DNA of 36,043 nt from Octopus sinensis (lineage: Eukaryota): assembly GCF_006345805.1 (NCBI RefSeq), contig NW_021826234.1, positions 1 through 36,043 on the forward strand, read 5' to 3'. Positions within the stretch are counted from its first letter, which is position 1. Each line of letters starts with the position of its first letter. Positions 1 through 11,400 of the stretch are shown here, in pieces. The notes below the pieces were generated by a model. That model was not told the DNA's origin, made no database searches, and saw nothing but the letters and a program-made list of their open reading frames with translations. Both the position numbers and the translations under genes were made by a program.

Positions 1-189
1 GAAAGGCTTGAGCAAATTACCAGGTTAAATAAATTTTAAAATTATTGATTACAGATTTGGAAAAACAAATTAAAATAAATAATAATAAATCAAAAATTAT
101 AGATATATATTAATGAATCGTTTATGAGAATATAAAATTTTTTTCTAGTATGGGGTTTATTTTATTAAAAATCATCTTATTTGATAGGG

Positions 190-272
190 ATGACGAAAAT
201 ATTTCCCCAAAAGCAAGTTTTCCCCAAAAAGGTTTTCCGCTAGTTGATTTTTCCCAATTCGAGGTCGCCCTG
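190..272. mobile_element. Terminus of a Tc1/mariner-pogo-type DNA transposon (other end not found in window)
   Basis: Reverse complement reads TA|CAGGGCGACCTCGAATTGGG, the same TA|CAG architecture as the two complete pogo elements here. Subterminal TTCCCCAAAA repeats. No partner TIR seen. Confidence 0.5.
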
Positions 273-439
273 TATTAAAAATACTCAAATAAACATTTCA
301 GATTGAAAAAATATACAAAATAGAATACTAAAAATAACAAAATTAAAATTATTTAATTTTGAAAATACCAGTTGTGTATCGAGTATTCAATAATGAAACA
401 CGATAATAATACTCGAATTACAAAATAAATCAAAAATAA

Positions 440-1075
440 TTTTTTTAAAAGAAAATTATCAAAAAAGAACATTATCTTCAAATGTATCAGCGGCCGATTT
501 CCAAAACAAGCATTCCATGTGCCAAAGTTCGTCTGCATTGCTCAAACAGCACCACACGCGCCTACAAACAACATTTCCTAACAAATCTACATAAACAACT
601 CCCTTAATATCTACCCCTTGAATCTTCAAAACTCCAATCAACAATTTATCACCTTTTTACTAAACACAATACCCCAATCTAAGCAGGTAATTTACTATCA
701 AATAAGCCTCGAATGTCTCATACGACATTTTGAGAATATTTTCATAACTATAGAAGTAATATCACCAATCAATCACGTTATTAAATGCAATATTAAATCA
801 ATTGCCTCTGATTAGATAAATTAGAGACCACTGAGCTAGAGTTTGAACACGTGTCTTTATATATGACATTTTGGAGTAAACTTAATATCATATTCGGGTC
901 AAACTTATGAATTCTTGCATGAAAATAATGTAGGGAAATCTCTGAGTTGATATCAAATTCAAAAACTCTTTTCCAGTCGAATTCGACATCTTTATCACGT
1001 GGGAACTTCAAATCGTTCAAAATGAGCGCCGATGAAGCCAAACTAGCCGGTGTTTGCTTTAATAAGTTCTAAACA
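440..1075 (-). pseudogene. Degenerate multi-exon coding region, product unidentified
   Basis: Open stretches (793-1041, 459-644) with candidate 24-29 nt GT-AG introns and in-frame stops. One spliced segment (EAIDLILHLITYENILKMSYETFEAYLIVNYLLRLGYCV) weakly recalls the Sen54 N-terminal motif YxVYxxLxRLGYxV. Confidence 0.3.
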
Positions 1076-1457
1076 TGGAGTTTATATAAAAATATTTGAT
1101 TAAACTTGATTTTAAGTGATTAAAGTGGTTTGATTGAGTTATTTCGAGCCAAGACGTATAAAAGGGCAATTTAGACCACGTAGTGAATTCGATCAAACTT
1201 TAGACCAGGCATTCTCAAGCTTTTTTTGTTCATCGCCGCCTTAGATATTTTCTCGCCCCCTTGTCCATATACAATTTTAAAAATTTTTGTGCATTGTCCC
1301 TTAATTGGTTGTTTTTTGTATATAACATAAAAATCAAAATATAAAACAATAAATCAATTGTAAAAATTGAATTTTATTAAAAATTATTAGTGAGACCCTT
1401 GAATTTCGGCAATTTTATTTGAAACGATATGCGCACCCACAACTACATATAAATAAA

Positions 1458-2950
1458 TGTCACCGGTTGTGAATGATACCAGGCTGAGAACGATCGCGCA
1501 AAATCGATTTTGCCTCAAGTGCCGTAACACCGGTAGTTAACGGCAGCGAGCGACAAATTTAAATACGAGTCATAAGTTTTCAAACCTACTAACTCTAATT
1601 TCTGCCCTTTGGACAAAAAAACAAACGTGTCGTTTCGTTTGAGGTACTCTTAAGATACATTTTCCAATCAAAAAAGTATGCTTTTCTGTTACTAAAAATC
1701 TTCACTATAATTTGTCATTCTGTAAGCAAGTCTTCTAGTCTCCTTAGAAATCCCCAACATATTTAGTGATTAGAGACCATCTTTTCTGATATTTGAGACT
1801 CCAGGTCACAATGGGGGGAACTAAATGACTGACAACTCAGAGATCAGAAAGCCAAGATATTAAGAAAAATTTATTTAAGAAAAAAAGTGTTAATTAGTTT
1901 AGCATTTTTTCTTCCGCCGCATCCGAGTACTGGACAGCCTTTGTCCTTGTACTACTGACGGTAAACCATTTCCAAGCCATATAATTCTCTAAGTCATCTT
2001 TTTCATCCATGTTGGGTGAATCCAAATCTGCGAATAGGAGATTAAGTTCCTCTTCGCTATAGTGTATGTTTGCAGACTGATCGGAATTTTCTCCAAACAT
2101 AATTCTGAACGGTGCAAACGACGTAGTGGAATGCACTGTTGAGTTATATGAACTGGTATCTGGTCTATAATCGAAATCCATTTATAATCGAGGTTTTCAG
2201 ACAAACAGGTAGAGGACAACATATATTTCAAGGATTGGTTAGTCTTTCCACCTGCCCCTGATATAGGCTCTTATGGCTTAATTGCAGGTCTGGTGTTCAT
2301 AAGCTTTCTCGCCTGACATTGACAGCATGATTTGAGAACTGACATAACCTCATTCCGACAGACCCATAGACAGTATCTTTAAGGAGAAAAAGCAGCTTGT
2401 CTCGACCTGGATGTCGATTTTTAAATGGAGATTTTCAATAAAAAGTGTCTTTTCTTCTACTTCCTCGAGAGCGAAGGTACGTAGTAAGATTCCCGAAGTT
2501 TTGAAGTAAAGAATGTCATTTTTAGAGTCCGACAATCTAAATAATGATGCCGTTCTCCTAAAATTTGACTCATTCTGATTCTGAATCACTTCATTTGGCA
2601 TTTACCATCCCTAAGAAATGCTATAATTTCCGACTTTTTCTGTAGGGTCAATAAAACGAATTTCATAACAAAAAATTATGTAACGTGTTCGGAAAATTTC
2701 GATTTTCATATGAGGTCAGCCATTCTAAAAAATTAAAATTTTCTTTCTTTTTTAAACTAAAAAATCTAAAGTAATGATTTTTGTGATTATATTAATTTAA
2801 TTTTTTGATAATCTATATTTTTGAGGTTTCGTTTTAGCGTAGCAACGGTACGGCGTTTCGGCGAAATCGATATTGCGTATCAACGGCGTTAACGGCAAAA
2901 TCGATTTTGCGCGATCGTTCTCAGCCTGCAATCACTCTCAACCGGTGACA
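1458..2950 (-). mobile_element. Ginger-like DNA transposon (Gypsy-type integrase flanked by TIRs), defective
   Basis: About 57-bp TIRs starting TGTCACCGGTTG and ending CAACCGGTGACA. 5-bp TSD ATAAA (1453-1457, 2951-2955). Internal integrase remnants. Confidence 0.85.
1894..2723 (-). pseudogene. Integrase/transposase pseudogene of the Ginger-like element
   Basis: Across frameshifts: H2C2 zinc motif (ENLH..RHPGRDKL..KSCCQCQ), QGQVER-x-NQSLKYML and SYNSTVHSTTSFAPFRIMFG. Most of the DDE core is deleted. Probable 45-nt GT-AG intron at 2640-2684. Confidence 0.8.
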
Positions 2951-3614
2951 ATAAATGTTAAATAACCATAAGGTACTGGCTTTGTGAATAACGATTTGAT
3001 CGTTTTCTTATTCTAAAAATTATATTTTAAAGTTTGAAAATATTCAATCGGCTTTGACATTTATCCGGATGCTTACGTTTTAAATGATCCTGTAATCGTG
3101 ATGGCTTCATTTGAGAAAGAACATTGACAAATAAGACAATAAGGCTGTTTTGTATCTTCACTACTTTGAAATATTCGTTTTGATAATGACGATTTTCCTT
3201 ATTTGAGCGAGAAAACATTTTAGATGTAAAAACAGCGTGCTATTTTGAATATAAAATTTAAAGATAAACACTATAGAAGAAATATTAATAAATCTGAAAC
3301 ATTAAATTAACCTGTATAAATACTTGTATTATATTTAATTCGAATATTTTATTAAATATATTATCGCCCCCTTTGACCTAATTATCGCCCCTGGGGGGAC
3401 GATTCGCCCCGGTTGAGAACACATGCTTTAGACTATTCTTTCGTGATATAAATGCTGAAATTTCTTTAAGTATAGCTTTAGTATAATAACCTTGTTATAT
3501 ATATTGTCGACGCATCACTTTTGAGTACAGGAACATAACAGGAAAATGCAGGTGGCCCCACTTCCAACAAACTGGGTTATCTCAATAATTTATTAATTAA
3601 ATATATAATCAATA

Positions 3615-4527
3615 CAGTAAAACCTCTGGTGCTCGCCACATATTTTTCAAAAAATTAAAAATTCTAGTAAATTTTGATGAATATTTTATTGCTCGCCATT
3701 TTCTAAATCTCGCCATTAATTTTTAAAAATATTTTTTTGTTGGTTAAACTATTTTTTATATAAAATATTTCAACCAGGCTAAATTCAACATGCGTAAATG
3801 CACAAGATTGTCTTTTAATGAAAAACGTCGCATTATTGCGTACTGAGGAGAACAAAAGCCTCACGATGGACCGTATAGCTTATATTTTTTCTTTTGTTTT
3901 GAAGAAAAAAATATCTCGAAGGGCTGTGAACGATTTAAGGCTTGGAAAAGAGAAAATAATGTCTACTGATCCTATTTTCTCCAATAAGAAGAGATTATCT
4001 AACTTAACTTATTCTGTTATTGACACCGAACTATTAACTTGGATGGAATACATTGAGCTTAGAGGGGGGTTTCTGGACGATAATTCAATTTTGTTGAAAG
4101 CAAAGAACATTGCTAATATTTATGGCATCTAAGGCATCTAAAAAAACGAAAAATTCTTTTAGTTGTGGATCGATGCCCATCCCATAAACTTTACGCTGAT
4201 TTAGAGTCAATTGAAATTCTTTACCTACCTTCGAAGACTACAACAATTCTACAACCAATGGATCAAGGAATCATTAGATCCTTCAAAGGACCTTTTAACA
4301 AACTTAAATTTGAGTCTATGTTAGAAAAAATTGAAAATGGAGAAAATCCACTGGAAGCTCATAAAAAATTAACCTTAAAAGACGGTCTTCTTTTTAGATA
4401 TTTTGCCTGGAAAAAAGTAACGACCAAAACAATTACAAATTGTTTCGGACATTCAAAATGGATCGAATGTTGATTTTCGCCATTTTTTCTTCGGTCCCAA
4501 AAATGGCGAGCATCAGAGATTTTACTG
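3615..4527 (+). mobile_element. pogo/Tigger element, internally deleted
   Basis: 24-bp TIRs CAGTAAAACCTCTGGTGCTCGCCA (22/24 match), TA on both sides (3613-14, 4528-29). CENP-B-like HTH remnant (3790-4132) and DDE_1 C-terminal part (LYLPSKTTTILQPMDQGIIRSFK, 4165-4473). Confidence 0.9.
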
Positions 4528-5266
4528 TAGTATTTTTTTTAATATCTACTTATCAATTTTAGACATTCTACTATTATAAAGACTTTCAACAATTTTTTCC
4601 CGGCAAATGATGACACTACTACCAATCAATGAAATCAATTTCAATTCCAAATGCCAAAAAACAAATTTAAATACCTAATAAAGTCTTTCATGTTCATTTA
4701 AAGAAAATTTTCAGAAAAAATTCCAATATTTATCCCCTCGATGCCACCTTTCTATAACTCAGGGAAATGTTCTAGTCCGTTTTTATATACTGTCGGATCA
4801 AGAGCCGCCTTTTATTAATACGGACATAAGTTTGTTGAATGAATATTGATTCAATTCATGAGGTTTTAAATCTACATTGGCTTATGTCTTGTTTTTTGAC
4901 ATAGGAAATAATGAGTCAAAAAAATTTTGAGTAATTCGAACACTTTAATAATTTTTAAGATAATCTTTTTAGATAATTTGTAGCACGATTTAAAACACTA
5001 TTTTTTTGGGAAGATCAGTAAATTTATTTTCGGTATTAGAGACCTCCTTAAACTTGTTGTATTCATTAAATAATTCCTGAAGGTTGATTTGTGGCTGAAT
5101 TTTCAAATTTTGCTTTTGTTCATCTTTTTCTTTTTTAATTTCAAGTTTTATCATTTTTACCTAATAAATTTAATATTTAATTATACTTCGTTGATTAGTT
5201 CGGACAAATCATTGTGTTTTGACGACAATTTTGAAAATGTATTTTTACTACTTTCTTCTAATTGAA

Positions 5267-7012
5267 TTATTCTGTTCTAAATTGTAATTTAATAATTAAT
5301 AACTTCAAATTTTTCCATTTCCTTACTGGGGGGTTTATTTTTTTCTTCTGGAGATTTTGGGGATTTTTGTTTGATTGATTCGTAGTGATTAAAGTTTTTT
5401 TGGCTTCCAAAAACTAAAGTTTCGCAAAACGTTCATACTTTATTTCTACTTTCCATTGCTTGCTTTATCCATAATAGCTCCATTGAGTCGTTTGAGTTTT
5501 GACTATTATTTGTTACTAAAATCAGAATTTATGAATACTTTGATTATATTTTAATTTGAAAGTTTCCAAAAATATATCTCCATGATTATCATCAGATGGA
5601 GATAAAAATGAATTGATTGCATTAATAAACAGTCTTAATTTATTTTTGATTTATTATTCTTAATTATTTGATTATTCTCAATCTGTTCAGTTTTTTCGTT
5701 TTCCTTTATTAATTCATCTTCTGTTTGAGTTGAGATTTCAGCGTGAAGTACAGTATTTGATGTTTTATCTTAATAATAAAATGGTATGGTGTGTGTCTGT
5801 CTGTCTGTCTGTGTGTCTGTCTGTCTGTCTGTGCACACCACATTCAAATTGTTACAAACCAGATCAAATTGTCAAAACCTTCCCTTTTGTAGTTATTCGA
5901 TAATGAGGCACAATAAAAGGTTGATATCCTCTAAGAACCTTCCTGTCAAAAAATTTAATAAGAAAGAATATCCTCGACGATGAGGTCCCCCAAAACCTTC
6001 AAGTCAAAAAATAAAAACAAATTATTTTCTGCGTTTTTTTTAAAATGAACAATAAGAAAGTCCTCGACTCACATGGTGTGGTCCCCCAAAACCTTCGAGC
6101 TCTTAATAATAAAATGGTATGGTGTTAAATTCCTTAGATCCATCTGGAATGCCGAATCATCTATTGAAATTAAAAATAGGTGTACCGGTTGTGTTACTCC
6201 GCAATCTTGCGCCACCTAAATTATGCAATGGTACAAGGTTGGTTATCAAGAATTTGATGGCTAACGTAATAGAAGCGACAATATTAACAGGTAATTACAG
6301 AGGTGAGGATGTTTATATCCCACGAATACCTCTGATTTCGGAAGAATTACCTTTTAGATTTAAGAGACTACAATTTCCGCTGAAGATAAGTTTTGCTATG
6401 ACAATAAACAAGGCCCAGGGACAGTCTTTAAAGGTAGTAGGCTTATTTTTAGAGAACGAGTGCTTTTCACATGGCCAGCTGTATGTGGGGTGCTCAAGGG
6501 TAGGTAGAAGAGAAAATTTATTTATATTTGCCAAGGATGGACGGACTGCAAACATCGTTTATCCACAGGCCTTAGAATAAGGTTATATCAAAGCAGGTCG
6601 CATTTATATATCTACATAAATTTATACTTATTTAAGGAAACTGCGAGCGTAGCGAGCAGGGCCTCCGCAGGAGCTAGCTCGCAGTGAGCGAAGCGAACTG
6701 CTGAGCTAGTTTGATATAACTGCCGTTTCTTCAAAATTAACATTTTCTGTCTTTTTAGAATTAACAATTTGATTAATTGGTTCTTGTGAATTTAAAATTA
6801 TTTTTGGAGTTGATAAGCAATTTTGGCCCCATTGGATCATGTAATTTGAATTTCCTTCTATTTCGTAAAATAATTCTTCATATTTTTTTCTTAACTTTTT
6901 AAATCTATTTCTCACCAAAAAAGATTTTAAAGTTCCCTGTCAAGTTTTACGTTATGGAAAATACATGTATTTGGTCATTTAAAATGTTGTTGTTTTTAAA
7001 ATCTTTTATCAT
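5267..7012 (-). CDS. IQCC: IQ domain-containing protein C orthologue, interrupted by Helitron A
   Basis: N-terminus [33 protein letters not shown] and C-terminus [23 protein letters not shown] match the two conserved IQCC blocks as recalled. Introns 6937-6964 (28 nt) and 5414-5438 (25 nt). The frame is restored across the empty Helitron site. One unexplained frameshift near 5640-5660. Start and stop positions approximate. Confidence 0.75.
5790..5833 (+). repeat. (GTCT)n microsatellite near Helitron 5' end (second copy about 33050-33095)
   Basis: Direct reading. Confidence 0.9.
6119..6580 (+). pseudogene. Helitron Rep/Hel PIF1-type helicase C-terminal fragment
   Basis: [29 protein letters not shown] and [13 protein letters not shown] motifs. 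N-terminal helicase motifs and Rep domain absent. Confidence 0.9.
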
Positions 7013-7379
7013 CACAGTGAGTTTAACATTTCCTTGACGACATAAAATATTTTCTGATGATTTTTTCTTAAAATATTTTTTTTTTCTTAAAAAAATATTT
7101 CTTATATTTTTATTAAAAGTTGTTTGGCTATTTAATTACAAACTTTTTAGTATTTTAGCTCTAAATTTTTGGAAATACAAAAAGAAACCCAATCAAATGC
7201 AGTAACTTTAAAAAATATTAATTTCTCGAAAATTCAAAACCCATATGTTTTCTATAATAAAAATTGAAATGTTTGTGTACCATTTAGAACTTTACTGATT
7301 AACTGACAGACTTTAAAAAGTAAAGGAAAACGATGAAACCTTTTGTAACAACAAAAACATAATTCTTCATTTATTCAAG

Positions 7380-7495
7380 GCAGAGGTTGTTGCTTTGCTC
7401 TTTAAAGAACTTCGGATCAACATATGCATGTGAAACTGTTTTCAGCAAACTTACGAAAATACAAACTAAGTGTTGAAATTGATTAATGAACACTT
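7380..7495 (+). pseudogene. hAT transposase C-terminal dimerisation-domain remnant
   Basis: FGSTYACETVFSKLTKIQTK followed by a degenerate RNRL-x-EHL with two TGA stops. Confidence 0.7.
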
Positions 7496-7575
7496 TATTC
7501 AACTTTTATGGATATTTTCTTCTAAATTTATTCATTGTTATAACATATAATGTGAAAGACCTAAAAGACCTAAAA

Positions 7576-8187
7576 ATGCTGTACACCCAATTCGCCTACG
7601 TCCTCATATCCGTGGGCCTCTTCATCACGGGGGTCTGTCTCTATTGGGCATTCTGGGGACACTCAAAGGCAGCCGAGTGATCCTCCTCGTCTATTCCTTA
7701 TTGCTGTTTGTCATTTTAATGTTTGTGGTCATCTCCACTATCCTCCTGGCCGTCTACGAGACCGAGGTGGTGGCTCAAATCAAACACTTTCTCCAAAATA
7801 GTCTCCAAGAACGCTACACGGGGGACTCCTCTCACATTTCACCAAGGCCTGGGACTTTTTGCAGTCCAATTTGAAATGTTGTGGAGTAATGAACTACACT
7901 GACTTTAACCAAACCACCAGCTGGACTGTCCGGTACTCCCCTCTTGCCATTTTGCCTGCCAGTTGTTGTTCCACGGAGGACAAGACCCTCCTGACTGAAT
8001 GCACGGAAAACCACAATTTGTATGTGTCGAATGCTAATGTGGGGTGTCTGGGGAGGGGTTGGTGAATTTGGTTAAACAATATGGAGGGGTCACTCTTGCC
8101 ACAATCATTGCCATTTGTTGTGGACTCCTCCTCATGATGCTCTCCGCCTCCTATCTAACCATTCAAGCATATTCACAAGATAAATAA
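7576..8187 (+). pseudogene. Tetraspanin, 5'-truncated, three frameshifts
   Basis: TM2-TM3 hydrophobic segments, large extracellular loop with CCG, PASCC and GC motifs, TM4, TAA at 8185-8187. TM1 missing. No intron recognised. Confidence 0.85.
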
Positions 8188-8238
8188 CATTTACTAATTC
8201 TAATCAATATTATTCTCACTATATTCTAGTGAGTTACG

Positions 8239-9062
8239 GATGGTACAGAGATCCCTACTTTTGTATTTGAAGGGGCTGTCGGAATGTTCTGTCTTCATGG
8301 AATTTACACAAACAACCCAAAGTTCTACCGAGGACTCCTAATGCCTTGTTTGAGCAAAATACTGGAGCCAGAGACCAGTCATAAAGTGGCCATTCGATTA
8401 GCCTCCACAGGACTATTACATTCGAGCACTCCCAAGGACACGCTTGTACTCAATATTCACACAATCACCAGAAATTGTCACTGTGGGGTACCCAATTTGA
8501 CAGTCCTCTCGGATTGGCTGCAGGATTTGACAAAAACGGGGAGGCAATCGACGGGCTTCTCAACTGGGGGTTTTCCTTGTGGAAGTTGGGAGTGTGACCC
8601 CCCTCCCTCAACGCGGCAACCCCAAACCAAGGATATTTCGACTCCCCAAGTCCGAGTCCGTCATAAAAACGGTAAAAATAACGAGTCACTCAGATACGGA
8701 CTCCCCAACGACGGTGCTCAAGCTTTGGCCGATCGACTACAATCACACCACCCAAACAGTGCCATCCTGTGTTTACCGTAGAGAAGGGATATGTCGGAGT
8801 CAACGTCTGCAAAAACAACGAAATGCCCTCCTCACTTCAGTCTGACTTGATAACCTGTCTCCGTCAATTTGTGGACAGGGTGGACTATATCGTCTTCAAT
8901 ATATCATGTTCTAATGTGACTGATTCCTCCACTTCTGAGGACTTGATGACTGTCTTGCAGGCGGTGTACTGTCACCTGAGTAGTCCATAGGTGGTCAAAG
9001 AACGTGACTCCTTGGTGGAGGACAGGGTGGTCCCTATTTGGCTCAAGATATCCCCAGACTTG
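8239..9062 (+). pseudogene. DHODH: Class 2 (mitochondrial) dihydroorotate dehydrogenase, 3'-truncated, with four micro-introns
   Basis: Spliced translation gives [63 protein letters not shown] and WLKISPDL. Introns 8446-8471, 8672-8693, 8759-8781, 8964-8990. 1-bp frameshifts near 8570 and 8665. Homology stops abruptly at about 9062. Confidence 0.9.
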
Positions 9063-9099
9063 TTCTTTAATACAATATTTTCACCGGTTTGCAACTGAA

Positions 9100-9139
9100 C
9101 TGTTTATTGCCCCGAGTTAAAAAGGTTGAGAACCGTGTG
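9100..9139. mobile_element. Degenerate hAT-like terminal inverted repeat (right end)
   Basis: GCCCCGAGTTAAAAAGGTTGAGAACCGTG; reverse complement resembles CAGNGGTTCTCAACC and the 3425 terminus. No TSD found. Confidence 0.5.
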
Positions 9140-9164
9140 TTTTAATTAATGAAAACTTTATTTC

Positions 9165-11400
9165 ACAGCATTTTATTCGCCATTACGGTCAGCATGAGTT
9201 GCAGTTTATTGATCTGTAATGAATCCATACCAAATGTTTAACAAGTTCTTTTTGTTCCCGGTAAGGATAATGACACAGTTTCTTTAGAAAAACAAATTAT
9301 GAAATGAAGACTGTCCCTAAAAAATCTGTTGTAAACCTACTATGAGAATATTGAAATATACATTGTTGGCTGGAAGATATTGTGAAAGAGACAATAGAGT
9401 GAATTATTCAAAATACTTAATAATTAGCTTATGACTAAGTTTTGGTGAACAAAATAACATTTTATTGTCAAAATATGATCGTTACAGCGTTAGAGAACTG
9501 AATTCATCTTTAAATGCGTTTAAATTGATGTAGTAAAGATTTTTGCAAAATACAAATTTTTAATAAACATAAATATTGGATCAAAAATCGATTTCTATAT
9601 TAAAACATTAAACAAATATTAATGTTTCTATTGTAGCAAAATATTTTTAAACACGTTGGTGAAAATAAATTTTTGCTTGCAAAAATAAGTACATGTATTA
9701 AATATGCAGACGTTGGATGCATTCGGTAAACAGTGAACTTTTGGTAGAAACAGTTTTTCATTGGCAGCAAAATTAAGTTACCGACAAATAGGGATAATTT
9801 TAATTTAGACAAAGATACTTCAATAATCTTTCAAAAAACTATCTTTATTGTCGTCAAATAAATATTTTTGATCTCATTTAAATGTTATACAAATTATTTC
9901 AAATACAAATAAAAAGCAACATCTGCCGCCATCCTTTATCAAGCAATATTCTCTGTAAAAATATATAATTATAATGATTATAATGATTAAGGTCAAATGA
10001 GATACTATCCTTTTCATTAATTTTCTTTTCCGAAAGACGTGTAAAAATAAATACAAATTCAAACAAAGAGGTCCTTGGAAGCAACGACTGCAACAACGAC
10101 TACACAGAGATAACGTAGCACAAACACCGAAGAAGCATATGATGGGTTAATTCACTTACAATGGAATTAAACCAAAAGATATATTGTTAGCAAGACATGA
10201 CAGAAGTGTTAAACATATCAATCGTGCCATATATAAACGCAGTTCCTGAAGAAAAACAGTGTCCTAATAGGAATCAAATGAATTTAATGTCTTTCTTTTT
10301 GTCAAATAAATATTTTTTTTAATTTCATTTAACTGTTATAATGTTATAAGGAAAAATTTCAACAACGAATAAAATGAAACATTGTGGCAATTCACCATCA
10401 AGGAATATACTCAGTACGAATTAAATCCACAAATCGAAAATCAAAACTCCTTTAGAACAAATGTGCGTGTGAATACAGTAATGGTGACACTGACTTGCAG
10501 CAGCAAAAGAACACATTTTGTAGGAATTTCTCTGTATATATTTTTTGCGCGTTGTAAATTTAAATTCAAAATATCTCTTAAAAAATAAATAATTAAAAAA
10601 AGGGATACGAGTTTACTCTCCGAGAATTACAAATTTAAAAAAATTGGAGAAATTATAAAACCGGTTTTTTTGAACTCATTGTATATGTTATTCTTTTGCT
10701 GATCGCAAAATTTCTCGAAAGATACTTCGTTGAAATAAAAAAAAGACAAGAAACGAATACACCAATTGTGCCTTATCTTACGCTATCCTGCGTAAAGCTC
10801 CAGAAACTATTTCTGAAAAGTACCACACAATCAATTTTAGTATTGTTTTCAATTAAATTTAAATTCAAATTATTTGACAATATATTACTTTATTTGTACT
10901 TAGAACAGATAAGCCAAAAAATAAATACTGGGAATCAAACAATACAACTGTTTTATTTTATGAAATGAAAATTCGGCATAGAATAAAGTATAGCAAACAT
11001 TAATTAATAATCATTAAGTAATGTTGATTCAAAAAAATAGAAAAATAAATTAAAAAATGTCTGAAAAATAAAATTATACATAACATTTAGAATCGATTTG
11101 ACGATTGGAATTTAAAAAATTAGGTCATCAAAAAAAGTCATCAAAGTGAATAAAATAATATATTATTAAATCATAAACTAAGGAATAATACATATCACAA
11201 TATTGTAAAAACAAACTCATAACCAACAATTTTTTTTAATTCATGGAAGGTTCTGAGCAAATATCAATATGCATAAAGTCCTTGAATAGAAATAATAATA
11301 ATTATGAATAAAAAATTAATATTTGCAGCAAAATAAGAACAACAAAAGAACGTGCGACTCGTCATAATTAATTAAAAGTGTGAATTTATAAATTTTTAGG
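9165..11400 (-). other. Probable exons of an unidentified, possibly decayed multi-pass membrane protein gene or genes
   Basis: Hydrophobic open segments (SSVFVLRYLCVVVVAVVASKDLFV; KCVLLLLQVSVTITVF; FLDGELPQCFILFVVEIFP) and a degenerate internal repeat (about 9850-9930 vs 10300-10395). No consistent model built. Confidence 0.25.

Larger units (their letters stand above)
1206..3425 (-). mobile_element. Non-autonomous hAT (Buster/Charlie-type) element, internally deleted, hosting a nested Ginger-like insertion
   Basis: Imperfect TIRs CAGGCATTCTCAAGC / CATGTGTTCTCAACC. Exact 8-bp TSD CTTTAGAC at 1198-1205 and 3426-3433 with central TA. BED-region remnant (VLSQMKPSRLQDHLKRKHP, 3027-3218) and C-terminal QGSH-stop at 1387-1400. 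Confidence 0.9.
5768..6709 (+). mobile_element. Non-autonomous Helitron A
   Basis: 5' TC terminus (TCTTAATAATAAAATGG), 3' GC-rich hairpin then CTAG, inserted between A and T with no TSD. Contains (GTCT)n and a PIF1 helicase tail. Confidence 0.9.

Noticed and set aside
800-4800. Possible METTL16 gene split by the pogo and hAT insertions (VGSGATCIFLL at about 3530-3560, AFGIEIDF at about 4640, ILNDLK at about 1015)
   Set aside because: Only short motifs match, the NPPF region is absent, the spacing is too short and I could not build a spliced frame.
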